Positions 19,159 through 29,481 of a stretch of DNA of 64,000 nt are shown here, piece by piece. The stretch spans positions 50,373 through 114,372 of the forward strand of contig JAEOTO010000015.1 in NCBI GenBank assembly GCA_016839805.1, given 5' to 3'. Below the pieces are notes generated by a model. It was not told where the DNA came from, did no database searches, and worked only from the letters and a program-made list of their open reading frames with translations. This DNA is from Candidatus Hermodarchaeota archaeon. Lineage in GTDB: Archaea; Asgardarchaeota; Hermodarchaeia; Hermodarchaeales; Hermodarchaeaceae. The first letter of the stretch is position 1, and each line of letters begins with the position of its first letter. Position numbers and translations under genes: made by a program.

Positions 19159-21510
19159 TTACCCATCACCTCCACCATAGACCATACGCTGTAGAATTGT
19201 TGGATCTGGAATGGGCTTCTCTTGCCATTTGTGTTCTTTCATGTGAACGTGGATTTTATCTTTAAGGGTGATGGGGATATCCGATTCTCGGCGAATGAAG
19301 CTATGTACGTCGTCAGGGAAGTAACCATAGTACCGTTCATGAAGATCGATGTAGTGGCTGAGCTTTATGGACCGACCTCTGCTAGTGTCGTTGGGTCGGA
19401 AGCAAAGCTTTGCGGTCATTACCATGCACTCTTCCATAGTTTCTACTGCATAGAAGAGGTGTTCAGGAGCTGGCGCAATTTGGACTTGGTTGCCAGTTCG
19501 TGCATCGTACACCTTCCAGTCCTCTGCTTTGTCTGCACGTCCAAGTAACATTCGGCGATATTTCGTTCCATGTGGACCAACGATTACTGGAACTCCAAGG
19601 CGCCAAAAGCCAGAAGCAATTGAAGCTGCTTTTTGTGACATAGCGCCCCAAGATATACCAACTGCACCAACTCGGTTGAGGATGTAGTCAGCGATTTCTT
19701 CATAGTTTCCACGAAGGTTACGTTTCGCGAAGATGCTTGCAATTTTGATGGCAGCACCCGCAATGTGGGGATTCGAAACACAGGAGCCCACGTTAACGAC
19801 ACCACCTGCATCAAAAGCGCCCGTACGTCGTTCGTAGATACTTTTTCCTTCTTCGTCTTTAACAGTACCAACAGTCATAGCTGCGCAACCAGAGAGTACA
19901 ATGATGAAGCGGCGTTTTGCGAATTCTTCAGCCATGTCATGAATTGCTCGTCCTCCGTCAGGATAATTAGCACATCCAACATGTGCAATTACGCCTGGGA
20001 TTTCTCCGAAAACAACAGGTTGCCCCACGGCCCGTATCTCTGTATCTTTGATGGCACCACGCCCTGTCCGAACCTTAAAGGACTCGTTCATCCAACGATC
20101 TTTTGCTGCAGTAACCATCCAGCTATGAAGCTCATATTCGTTGGGACAAGCTGATTCACATCGCGCACATCCAATGCATTCATCATAAACATCTACAAGT
20201 GGACCAAAGTTTCCTTCAGATGCTGCTAGTACTGCTTCCATGACTGGTTGATCATTGGGACAAGCCCTTCGGCATTCTGAACATTGTCGGCAGGTTTGGG
20301 CGAGTTCTTTAATTTTGTTCTTGCTTGGCAATGAGGATTTCTTCTTACGTTTTGGTTTCACAGCCAGAGCAGTCTTTACGACTACTTCACCCACTTTACT
20401 ATGGTCGCCAATGAAGACTCCAGGCACTTTAAAGGAGACTAAATCAGCAACAATCGCATCCACATCATCATTTGTACGATCTGGTAAGCCCATACAAGAT
20501 TTATCACAAGTAGCAATAACTGGTGTTTTGACTTTTGCTGCATGCAATGGAATATCTGTCCGAATACATTGTTCATCAACAACCAAAACGTCAGCTAAGC
20601 CACTTCGCACAAAACGTAGTTGCCAAGAGATAGGACCGACAATCTTGGCTTTGGAGTCATGTCTGGTTATATCCCAGGCTGTGCAGCAAATTCCACTGAC
20701 ATCGACCTTATCTTGGAGTCCGTGCTCCATTGAATAATCAGTTATCGCTGCAGCGGGAACAACATTGTGTCCGATACATAGGATCGTAGCTTTTGACTGA
20801 TCCATGGAGGCGATGCCAGCTTCAACTAATGGTGCCTCTGGATCTGATTGGGGAAAGCCCATTGTGGAGATTTGAACCAGATCCGCGATTTCCATCCCCA
20901 CTTGGTCAATCATTCCAGCATGAAGTACCTTTGATTCAAAGTCTAACCAACTGCCCTCTTGACCCGTATGGACTGCTGACAAAGTATGTGTAAGTTGAGT
21001 TTCACAATAATCGATAATCGATGACGCATCTTCTAAAGAACGAGGGCGAATTCCAGTTACTAACCGTGAAACAGGAGCTTCAATATCTACACCCTCGCCT
21101 TGCGTTAAAGGTGTTCGTGGACCAAATTCATGAATCAAATGATCAACAAGATGTCGAGCATGCGCCAAGTGTGCCGCACACCCGATGTTCGCGGCAGCCA
21201 ACACAATTCGTGCGGACTGTCCCTTAATGTCCAGACCACAAGCTCCGCGTTTTCCACCCGTCAGGTCACATTTACCGAAGGTACAAAGACAGCACAGCTG
21301 ACAAGCTGGCATGTATGAGGGTTGGTAACGCTTCAGGAGTTTGTGGTCCCAATCGCGAAGCGTGGTGACTTCTGGCATGGGAGTTGGTCCCATGGGTTCG
21401 TCCCAGTCTTCATCGATAACTCTGCCAATACTGACTTCGACGTTGCGGAAACTTCCGAAACCGGTGTCAAGTCGATCGGCTCGTATTCGGGCCCGTTTTT
21501 GTTCTGTCAA
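19159..21510 (-). CDS. cdhA: CO dehydrogenase alpha subunit
   Basis: MGPTP.P, CQLCCLCTFGKC, GHNV, GICCTA, DEQC, two ferredoxin motifs, GSCVSN; start probably TTG 21510 rather than 21612. Confidence 0.97.
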   Translation of the reverse strand: MTEQKRARIRADRLDTGFGSFRNVEVSIGRVIDEDWDEPMGPTPMPEVTTLRDWDHKLLKRYQPSYMPACQLCCLCTFGKCDLTGGKRGACGLDIKGQSARIVLAAANIGCAAHLAHARHLVDHLIHEFGPRTPLTQGEGVDIEAPVSRLVTGIRPRSLEDASSIIDYCETQLTHTLSAVHTGQEGSWLDFESKVLHAGMIDQVGMEIADLVQISTMGFPQSDPEAPLVEAGIASMDQSKATILCIGHNVVPAAAITDYSMEHGLQDKVDVSGICCTAWDITRHDSKAKIVGPISWQLRFVRSGLADVLVVDEQCIRTDIPLHAAKVKTPVIATCDKSCMGLPDRTNDDVDAIVADLVSFKVPGVFIGDHSKVGEVVVKTALAVKPKRKKKSSLPSKNKIKELAQTCRQCSECRRACPNDQPVMEAVLAASEGNFGPLVDVYDECIGCARCESACPNEYELHSWMVTAAKDRWMNESFKVRTGRGAIKDTEIRAVGQPVVFGEIPGVIAHVGCANYPDGGRAIHDMAEEFAKRRFIIVLSGCAAMTVGTVKDEEGKSIYERRTGAFDAGGVVNVGSCVSNPHIAGAAIKIASIFAKRNLRGNYEEIADYILNRVGAVGISWGAMSQKAASIASGFWRLGVPVIVGPHGTKYRRMLLGRADKAEDWKVYDARTGNQVQIAPAPEHLFYAVETMEECMVMTAKLCFRPNDTSRGRSIKLSHYIDLHERYYGYFPDDVHSFIRRESDIPITLKDKIHVHMKEHKWQEKPIPDPTILQRMVYGGGDG

Positions 21511-21721
21511 TGTGGTTCGTTCCTTCCATTTGCGCGCATAGTAGGAGGGAAATATTGGTGAAATAGTAGCAGTTTCGCCTTTAAGTTTTGATGCTTCTGC
21601 AAGGTTTTGCATTAACGGTGTATATGTTCAGGGCTTACTGACCGTCAACTTAACATCCACAATCCACTTAGCACTCACAGTAATTCGATGGTGAAAATGA
21701 ATAGAGAATTATATTCATGTC

Positions 21722-22792
21722 TCACCACTGTCTGCGTTTTACGAGGTAAATTATTACACCAATTAAAAGAATGCAACCACACAAGCTCACAACGATTATG
21801 AGTTGTAATTCGATTGGAATGGGGCTAATCGCTGAAGATCTATTTATAGCGAAGAAATCGATTGCTGTATTATCAGGTTGCATTACTGTAACGGTAACTT
21901 GGGTTGGGTTGACGTCGATTTTACAGTAGTGATAGGTGCGATTCGCGACGTCGCCTTCTTGCCAATGTGGGGCGGTTGGATCTGGAGTATAGAGTGAGGC
22001 TCCACCACCCCCGCTGACAACATAATAGATGTCATCTCGGACACACCGATAATAATAGTGGTCATGTCCATGAAAAACGAGGTCTATGTCATATTGAACG
22101 AAGAGCTGGTGAAATTCATGGCAAATGGTTTCTGCCTGGGACCATCGATCTACTCGATTTTGGTTAACTGACCATGCCGGTCGATGATATGAGGCTACGA
22201 TAAAGTCTGAAGGCTGGGTATGTGCTAAATCATTGATGAGCCAATCCATTTGGGGTTGTGAGCAGTTGTAGGTTTCGGTACCATAATCAAAGTAGTCTTC
22301 AGTATTTAGGATGATAAAATGGACGCCTCCAAAGTCAAAGGAGTAATGGAGCTCTGTTTCTCCTGGGGTGTCGATAACATTGGAGAAGTTGAAGAACCGT
22401 TGGTATTGGGTAAAATTCTCATCGAACACATCCCATTGGTCTGTGTATTTTTCGTGGTTGCCTACAACACCGAAAAGGGATATTCCAGCATCCCAGAGAG
22501 GTTGAATCGAGGCATTGAAACTGAGCCACTGGTTCCAGATACCACCTCGGTTCACCATGTCTCCCGTATGAATAATGAGATCAGGATTTTGCTGCATATA
22601 CGCTGTTACAATTTCCGAATGTATCGGTGCGACTGCAGAATCACCCCCTCCACGAGTATCTCCATAGGCGATGAATGTGAAACCTAAGGGTGATTGAGCG
22701 TCTATTCGAGTTTGCATTATTCCTAGGGGCGTAGATGTTGTCAATATTAGCAACATGATAGATATGAACGTGGTTTTGATTGTTTGAGGCAT
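21722..22792 (-). CDS. Membrane-anchored calcineurin-like metallophosphoesterase
   Basis: YGDTR, HTGDMV, GNHE, GHDH; signal peptide and C-terminal TM. Confidence 0.9.
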   Translation of the reverse strand: MPQTIKTTFISIMLLILTTSTPLGIMQTRIDAQSPLGFTFIAYGDTRGGGDSAVAPIHSEIVTAYMQQNPDLIIHTGDMVNRGGIWNQWLSFNASIQPLWDAGISLFGVVGNHEKYTDQWDVFDENFTQYQRFFNFSNVIDTPGETELHYSFDFGGVHFIILNTEDYFDYGTETYNCSQPQMDWLINDLAHTQPSDFIVASYHRPAWSVNQNRVDRWSQAETICHEFHQLFVQYDIDLVFHGHDHYYYRCVRDDIYYVVSGGGGASLYTPDPTAPHWQEGDVANRTYHYCKIDVNPTQVTVTVMQPDNTAIDFFAINRSSAISPIPIELQLIIVVSLCGCILLIGVIIYLVKRRQW

Positions 22793-22988
22793 AATTGTTA
22801 ACCTTGCATAAAGCGTTTAAAATGGACAATTTCATTTTGTCATTAATCATACAAAAACAAAGTGTCACCAGCAATCATCGAGAAAAAATGTTATACATTC
22901 GTGAGGATAGCAGTTGTTTTACAATGTACAAGAAAAATAAAGGTTTAAGTAAAACCTTCAAGTGATTTTGGAAGTGAGGTGATGGTAT

Positions 22989-23282
22989 ATGCCAATCTAT
23001 ATTACCCTCATGAAATTAACCGCTCAAGGTGTAAAAAATATCAAGGATGCGCCAAAGCGCATTGAATCAGGAATCAAATATCTTGAACGGCTAGGTGGCA
23101 AACTCTTAGCCTTCTATGTGACTTTCGGAGAATACGACTACATCGGGATTGCTGAAGCTCCCAATGATGAAGTAGCAATGCGATTCCTCGTAGGTTTAGG
23201 TTCAGCTGGTAACGTGAAAACAACCACGTTGAAAGCCTATTCGAAAGAAGAATTTGCGAAGGTCATTGAAAAGGTTCCCTAA
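22989..23282 (+). CDS. GYD-domain protein
   Basis: GEYD, GNVKTTTL.A. Confidence 0.88.
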   Translation: MPIYITLMKLTAQGVKNIKDAPKRIESGIKYLERLGGKLLAFYVTFGEYDYIGIAEAPNDEVAMRFLVGLGSAGNVKTTTLKAYSKEEFAKVIEKVP

Positions 23283-23378
23283 CTCACAAAATAACAAATC
23301 ATCATAAACCACGTAAATCGGATTAGTGGAAACTGTAACAGTAATTTTCCATTTGCGGTCATCGACTAGTCTGTATCA

Positions 23379-23843
23379 TTAACGACCTAACCCTCGATGT
23401 TGGAAGCAGAACCATCGACCATTCCTATAATAGTTGCCCGAATCCCCGCAGACACAACAAGTGTTGATCTCATTCGATGCTATAAATCGCTGTTTACCGC
23501 GAAGAAGGTTGCTCTCTAGGGGCAAACTAAGATCACGGTAACAGAACCAACAACGTAAGGCATCAGGGTGACAAAAGCTCTGGCACCGTGGACAGAGGTA
23601 CCCACCACTTTCATCGCGCTTCAATGTCTTCTGATAAAAAACGTAACACCATGCGAGTCCTAACAAAACGCTTTCAACAACAAGAATCCCACCCGTTAAC
23701 TGCACATAGAATAAGGAAAGTCTTGCTGCAGTTTCCACAGGTCCCCAAAAATTCAATCCACTGGTAAGGAGCCACGAACCTACCAATAATACCCCAGTAT
23801 TCAGGATAAAGGGGATAATATCTTCAAATTGCGAAGTTTCCAT
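23379..23843 (-). CDS. Two-TM protein with C-terminal zinc ribbons
   Basis: Two TM helices, then CPRC..C..C and CVC...CFQH. Confidence 0.55.
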   Translation of the reverse strand: METSQFEDIIPFILNTGVLLVGSWLLTSGLNFWGPVETAARLSLFYVQLTGGILVVESVLLGLAWCYVFYQKTLKRDESGGYLCPRCQSFCHPDALRCWFCYRDLSLPLESNLLRGKQRFIASNEINTCCVCGDSGNYYRNGRWFCFQHRGLGR

Positions 23844-23966
23844 TAAATCAACGCACTAACTATGTGTCTCATTTCTTAACTAAAAACCATTTCATTTCGG
23901 ATGAAAAGCCATTCAATTTCCATTGGCACAGTCCCGTGATGGACTAATCGTAGTGGGATTAATCTT

Positions 23967-25169
23967 CTATTCAATTGGGATTTTTCGTCCATTTATGTAG
24001 ACTTCGGAGACTTCACTATAGAATTCAAATGGATGACTGGTCCACACAACGATATCAGCATCTTTTCCGGGTTCAAAGGAACCAATACGATCCTGTAGAT
24101 TTAGAATCTGAGCAGGATTAATTGTGACACATTTTAGGGCGTCTTCTCGACTCATACCGTGTTTGATGGCATACATGGGCAAGAGCGGAAAATAATGCAT
24201 GGGTGTCAACGAATCCGTTTGCAGCGCAACTTTGACTCCAGCCTTATTGAGGATCACTGCGGTCTTGAACCCACGTTCGCGGGTTTCCGGTTTAGAGACC
24301 CAAAAAATCGTCGGACCGATTACAGCAGGAATGTCACTCTTTGCGATGACTTTCGCAATTTTGTGGCCTTCTGTGCAGTGGATCAAAACGAGGTGGAGAT
24401 TGAATTCCTTAGCGATTCGAATAATCGTAGCAATATCATCAGCTCGGTGGGCATGGGCATGCAGAGGTATTTCACGTTTCAGTATCTTAGCGATGGTTTC
24501 AAGGCCGAGATCACGTTTAGGAGGTTTGGGTGCTACTTCTTTTTTCTTCTTGGACTCTTTTACTTTAGCTCCAAAGGCTTTCCATTCATCAAGATAATTT
24601 TGACCATCGGTGAGTGTTTTTCGGATTAATGCTGCAACGCCCATTCGGGTCATCGGCATACGTTTATTTTCATGTCCATGGACACGCTTTGGATTTTCCC
24701 CCAGAGCAATTTTGAGACCAGAAGGTGACAAGACAATCATCTCGTCGACGACACCCTCAGGTAGTGGTTTAATAACAAAACATTCGCCCGATATCACGTT
24801 ACCTGACCCAGGACCGGTATTCACGGTGGTAACACCACCTTTGAGAATTTCTTTGATAGATGGTTCAAAAGGATAGAAGCCATCCATCCCTCGCATTTCA
24901 GGTGTGACTGGTGTTGTCATCTCATTGCCATCCATGCCCATGGGACCAATACTTCCATCAAAGAGTCCATGATGGGCATGTGCCTCAATAAATCCAGGCA
25001 CAACATACTGTCCCTCAACATCAATGGTTTTCGTCTTACTTGGGATTGGTATTGATTTCCCTACATCAACAATTTTACCACGATCGAAAAGCAAAGTGCC
25101 TTTCTCAATATGTCCCTTCACAGGACAAAGAATCGTTGCATTGGTAATTGCTTTCAATAAATTCACCAA
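23967..25169 (-). CDS. Amidohydrolase (imidazolonepropionase-like)
   Basis: PGFIEAHAH, KIALGENPK, HAHRADDI, HCTE, GKDAD. Confidence 0.9.
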   Translation of the reverse strand: MVNLLKAITNATILCPVKGHIEKGTLLFDRGKIVDVGKSIPIPSKTKTIDVEGQYVVPGFIEAHAHHGLFDGSIGPMGMDGNEMTTPVTPEMRGMDGFYPFEPSIKEILKGGVTTVNTGPGSGNVISGECFVIKPLPEGVVDEMIVLSPSGLKIALGENPKRVHGHENKRMPMTRMGVAALIRKTLTDGQNYLDEWKAFGAKVKESKKKKEVAPKPPKRDLGLETIAKILKREIPLHAHAHRADDIATIIRIAKEFNLHLVLIHCTEGHKIAKVIAKSDIPAVIGPTIFWVSKPETRERGFKTAVILNKAGVKVALQTDSLTPMHYFPLLPMYAIKHGMSREDALKCVTINPAQILNLQDRIGSFEPGKDADIVVWTSHPFEFYSEVSEVYINGRKIPIE

Positions 25170-25222
25170 CGCATCAATTAGCCCTGTTAGTTGAGAAAAG
25201 CTTTGCGTGATATAGGTTTTCG

Positions 25223-25828
25223 TTAGTCTTTTGGTTTACGAAGTTTTGGAAAGATAGCTCCGGTCCGTTTTTGGTACTCGCGATACTCATCCCCAAAGCG
25301 TTTGATGAGATCCTCTTCCTCATAATGGATGATAATAGGACTAACGATGATAATCATGATGATGGCCCAAATAACTAGGAAAAGGGAGTTAATGAAGAGA
25401 GGAATGATAACAAACCAGGGCATCTCGCCTACGGCTTGGGGGTGTCGAATGTAGTTGTAGATACCGCCATACATTTGTGTAGTTTCGGAGGGTATCATGG
25501 TTTCCGGACCAGCATCTTTGATACCTTTGATCCAAATAGGTGTGAATATGATAGCAAGAATTACGCCAATGAGGATGCTTACGAGATGACAAGGGTTAAC
25601 GAACCAGGCTAGTTCTTGAATCGGGAACCATATCCACAGGATAAAATTTATCGTCATAACTCCCATGAGGATTCCCGATGTGGCTCGGAACCGTTTAGAA
25701 TCTTGCCAGGCTTTCTCACCATATTTTTCAGAACGAGAAGCTGGTTGAACGCTAAGGATGTAAAAGTACCAACAAAATATCGCTGCAATATTTAGGATAA
25801 TGAAATTTGCCCAAGGAATTAATGTCAT
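25223..25828 (-). CDS. ICMT/PEMT-family membrane methyltransferase (paralog 3)
   Basis: GIYNYIRHPQ, EE.DL..RFG.EY..YQ. Confidence 0.85.
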   Translation of the reverse strand: MTLIPWANFIILNIAAIFCWYFYILSVQPASRSEKYGEKAWQDSKRFRATSGILMGVMTINFILWIWFPIQELAWFVNPCHLVSILIGVILAIIFTPIWIKGIKDAGPETMIPSETTQMYGGIYNYIRHPQAVGEMPWFVIIPLFINSLFLVIWAIIMIIIVSPIIIHYEEEDLIKRFGDEYREYQKRTGAIFPKLRKPKD

Positions 25829-26451
25829 CACGAGTCAGCTTTTGTAATTTTAGTCCGATTCCTTCTAAGTTTGGGGATTAGTGCAGGTATAAGTTTTCGA
25901 TAGTCAATGTAGTCTTGACCAAATCTTTTCACCAAATCTTTCTCTTCAAAATAAATCGCGAGAGGCGTATAGATCAGGACGAATAATGTCATCCATAATA
26001 CTAGAAACCAGGAATTCAAGAAAAATCCTAGAGCAATATACAAGGGCATTTCCCCCAAAGCTCCTGGATGTCGAATGTGGTTATAGATTCCTTCATGCAT
26101 TGTCGTTTCTTCATGTGCTGCACCATGTTCCTTTCCACCATCTTTCATTGCCTTGAACATGATAATAGAAAAGGGGGTAGCGATTCCAATCCCCAAAGCC
26201 ATTGGAATAAATGGATTTAAACTAATAGGCCAGATGAATGAGGGAATCGGGAACCAAAGCCAAAGAATAGCATTGATGATTACAATGAAGATGGCAATGA
26301 AGCAGATTTGTCGGAGCCAAAAGCATCTTCGCCAAGCCTTTTCTCCCCATCTCTCTGACAACGTTATGGGTAATGTGCTTAATATACTTGTAACTGAAAA
26401 AATCACGACGAACACATACATGCTAACAAAATTCAACCAATTACCAATCAC
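25828..26451 (-). CDS. ICMT/PEMT-family membrane methyltransferase (paralog 2)
   Basis: GIYNHIRHPG, EEKDL..RFG..Y. Confidence 0.85.
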   Translation of the reverse strand: MIGNWLNFVSMYVFVVIFSVTSILSTLPITLSERWGEKAWRRCFWLRQICFIAIFIVIINAILWLWFPIPSFIWPISLNPFIPMALGIGIATPFSIIMFKAMKDGGKEHGAAHEETTMHEGIYNHIRHPGALGEMPLYIALGFFLNSWFLVLWMTLFVLIYTPLAIYFEEKDLVKRFGQDYIDYRKLIPALIPKLRRNRTKITKADS

Positions 26452-26626
26452 ATTATCGACTCTTTTCTTAGTTGAATTTTTGATCGATGATTATTCTTTA
26501 GGGAACTATATATAAAAAGTTAAATTTAAATGTTAATTAATTGCTATAATTATTAGTATTTATTCTAATATAATACTGAGTGCCTATAATAAATACCCCA
26601 ACAAACGCAACATAAATTTTGACTGT

Positions 26627-27235
26627 TCAATTGGAATCGTTCCTTTTCTTTAATTTAGGGAAAAGGGCTCCAGTCCGTTGTTGATATTCACAGTATTCAT
26701 CACCAAATCGTCGAATCAAATCCTTTTCCTCGACATAAATCATGATTGGAAGATAAATAAGAATGAAGATAAATGTGTAGACTAACAGGAAGAGAGAATT
26801 AACTACGAAGACTAAGACAAAGTACCAGCTCATTTCACCAAGTGTTTGGGGATGTCGGATGTAGTTGTAGATACCGCCAAACATTTTTGTTTTTGTTGAT
26901 GGTGTCTTCGCTTCATCCCCAGATTCTTTTAGACCCTTGTACACAATAGGCAGGGTGCTGAAAAAGATGATGAAGGCAATGGCGTATCCAATCCATGGAT
27001 TGAAGAATATTAGCCAGGCGAGTTGGGGAACTGGAAACCATAGCCAAAGAAACATGGTGAAAAGTTGAATGACCATGAAAATTGTGCCAATTGTTCTGAA
27101 CCGTTCACAGAGTTTCCAGGCGTTTGGTCCACGTTTTTCTGCTAATTTTGCAGGCATAAGACTGGGGATGTAGAATCCTGCAAAGAGTGCACCACTGATG
27201 AACAGCATAGCAAGGTTGAACCATGGGATTAGCAC
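26627..27235 (-). CDS. ICMT/PEMT-family membrane methyltransferase (paralog 1)
   Basis: GIYNYIRHPQ, EEKDL.RRFG.EY. Confidence 0.85.
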   Translation of the reverse strand: MLIPWFNLAMLFISGALFAGFYIPSLMPAKLAEKRGPNAWKLCERFRTIGTIFMVIQLFTMFLWLWFPVPQLAWLIFFNPWIGYAIAFIIFFSTLPIVYKGLKESGDEAKTPSTKTKMFGGIYNYIRHPQTLGEMSWYFVLVFVVNSLFLLVYTFIFILIYLPIMIYVEEKDLIRRFGDEYCEYQQRTGALFPKLKKRNDSN

Positions 27236-27301
27236 TAACTGTTCCCCGATTTTCTTGTAGTCGATCTTCTGGTATTTTAGTCTAAATGAATAAATAGTGA
27301 A

Positions 27302-28096
27302 TTATAAACTTAAGTGCCTACGCAGTTCTGGAATAAGACCCTGGATGGCGTTGATAGCTGGGGAATCAGCCGCAAAATCTAATGGGGCAATACCTTCGAT
27401 ATTGGCTTGGCGGATGGCCTTATCAAAGGGTATTACAGTGAGTAGAGGGATATTCAACTCATTTAGAGTTGTTTCGATAACTTCTTTGTCGGTTTCGTCC
27501 ATTACCTTATTCGCTATTGCAAAGACTGTATCGACACCGATATCATGGGCGAGTTTCATGATTCGTCCCACGGTATTGATGGATGTCTGACTTGGCTCAA
27601 CTACAACAAGTAATGCATCCATTCCCTTTGATGTGCCTCGACCAAGGTTTTCAATTCCTGCTTCAAGATCCATCACAAAGGCTTCATCCATTCCAACAAT
27701 TAAGTACCGAATTAGCGCCTTCAGAAGAGCACCTGCAGGACACATACATCCGGATCCTCCAATGGTAACGGTTCCAGCGACAAGGAGGGTAACATTATCT
27801 GGTCCAGCTATTCCAAATTTATCTGCTAAATCGGCTACGTGCGGATTGAGTTTGAACATCTGACCATAAACTTTGGGATCCATACCTGTTCGTTCTTTCA
27901 CTAATTCATCGTTTTCAGTTAGTGGGATAATCTTGTCAGCAACATCAGAAGGAATACCTAACGTTGCAGCCAATGTTGGTGTGGGATCAGCATCTACAGC
28001 AAGTACTCGGATACCCTCTCGGCCTAATAGACGAGCTAGGGTTCCTGAAACAAGAGTCTTGCCGACACCACCTTTTCCAGCTACTGCGATTTTCAT
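27302..28096 (-). CDS. cooC: CODH nickel-insertion ATPase
   Basis: GKGGVGKT, DADP, GSGCMCP, DLEAGIE.LGRG. Confidence 0.93.
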   Translation of the reverse strand: MKIAVAGKGGVGKTLVSGTLARLLGREGIRVLAVDADPTPTLAATLGIPSDVADKIIPLTENDELVKERTGMDPKVYGQMFKLNPHVADLADKFGIAGPDNVTLLVAGTVTIGGSGCMCPAGALLKALIRYLIVGMDEAFVMDLEAGIENLGRGTSKGMDALLVVVEPSQTSINTVGRIMKLAHDIGVDTVFAIANKVMDETDKEVIETTLNELNIPLLTVIPFDKAIRQANIEGIAPLDFAADSPAINAIQGLIPELRRHLSL

Positions 28097-28160
28097 TCAA
28101 TCACCAACTGCGCGTAGGTACATTTAGCTATTGCTTAAAACCTTCGCCTTTCCCACCATC

Positions 28161-29450
28161 CTACAAAACGGCTAACCATGATGCCAGCTGTTCTAACACT
28201 TGTACTTCAGTAGGAATGTTAGCTGGTGGCTTAGTTATAGGTTGAACGGGAACAGCGGATCCATCCATTCGGTAAACTACACCAGTCGTTTCTACGCCTG
28301 TTACAGCTGTAGGAATCACAACTGTAGATTCACGTGTTGTAAGACTGGGATGGGTTGAAAGGGTGATGAGTGGAATTTTCTCAAGCGCCCTTGCGATTGG
28401 CGCAGGTAACATACTGAGTGGGTCCCAACCCACGATTAGTGCAGCATCGAACTCGTTAGCGATGAGTCCTTTAAAGACTGATTTGTAGGGTCTAGGGGGT
28501 TGACGGTTGAAATCCACTGAATAGGGTATTTTTGTATCAGTTTGGCTTGCTGTCACAACGCCTATACTATTACAATATGCGACCATAGGAAGAGTAACGC
28601 ATGGTCGGCTCTTCTTGTTTAATACTCGAGCGACCTTCGAAAGTAATGGTAATGTTTTCGAAGCATGAGGTGAATGGAGTAACCCATTTCCATAAAAGAT
28701 TGCGATGTAGTTCGCTTCTTGAATTTGTTTAGCAAAACTGAGAAACTCGATGGCGGGTATTCCTCCAACTTTGACAGGTGGGGTTCCAGTTGTGCCCTTG
28801 ATTTCAGTTAGGAGCGTAGTTAAAAACTGTTCATCACCATTCTTGAATTCGAGAATGAGTTGGTGGTTGGCCAGTCGCATGGATTCAGTCTGTCGAATAT
28901 CTAATACGGCAACGGTTCGACTTTCCCGACCCTCTGGTATTTTTTCTCCTGTTGGGAAGACAGTATAACGGCTGGCATGGCGGTGGTGGCTCTCGGCTGG
29001 GTTGACGCCCCAATAGACGATGAAATCTGCAAGGTTCCGGATATCCTCGAGGTTAACTGTTCCTGTTTCACCACCCACTAACTTATGTTGACGAAGTTGA
29101 CCATACTCAAAGCTTGCGGTGCTATCATAGACTCCCTTCAAAGACTTGGCAAGTTTCAAACCTAAATGTGAAACTTCGATTGGACTATTGGACCAACCAA
29201 TTAGCAAGGGACGTTGACTCGAGGAGAGAATGGAACTTGCTTCTTCATAGGCTTTTTTGAATGGAATAGTTTTAGCACTTGTTGATTTGGCTTTCATCTG
29301 AGCTTTCTTTAGCCGCGTTTGACTTCGTATTGACGAATAATAAGCATGACCAAGAGCACATAATCCGAGTGACTGAATGCCAGTTTTTGTTACTTTTGCA
29401 GCTACATCATCACAGACAACAGAGCATCCGCAACAAACCGTATCTTGCAT
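28161..29450 (-). CDS. fwdB: Formylmethanofuran dehydrogenase subunit B-like protein, catalytic residues substituted
   Basis: CCGC..VCDD and C.LG Fe-S ligands, WG.NP.ESH.RH.SRY, G..YRMDG; DSTASFEYG replaces the usual TASVCHG. Confidence 0.85.
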   Translation of the reverse strand: MQDTVCCGCSVVCDDVAAKVTKTGIQSLGLCALGHAYYSSIRSQTRLKKAQMKAKSTSAKTIPFKKAYEEASSILSSSQRPLLIGWSNSPIEVSHLGLKLAKSLKGVYDSTASFEYGQLRQHKLVGGETGTVNLEDIRNLADFIVYWGVNPAESHHRHASRYTVFPTGEKIPEGRESRTVAVLDIRQTESMRLANHQLILEFKNGDEQFLTTLLTEIKGTTGTPPVKVGGIPAIEFLSFAKQIQEANYIAIFYGNGLLHSPHASKTLPLLSKVARVLNKKSRPCVTLPMVAYCNSIGVVTASQTDTKIPYSVDFNRQPPRPYKSVFKGLIANEFDAALIVGWDPLSMLPAPIARALEKIPLITLSTHPSLTTRESTVVIPTAVTGVETTGVVYRMDGSAVPVQPITKPPANIPTEVQVLEQLASWLAVL

Positions 29451-29481
29451 AAATTCCCCGACCTACAGGAATGTGCATCCA

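Noticed and set aside
23967-25169. Amidohydrolase as the missing FwdA
   Set aside because: At 400 aa with imidazolonepropionase-like motifs, it lacks FwdA length and signatures
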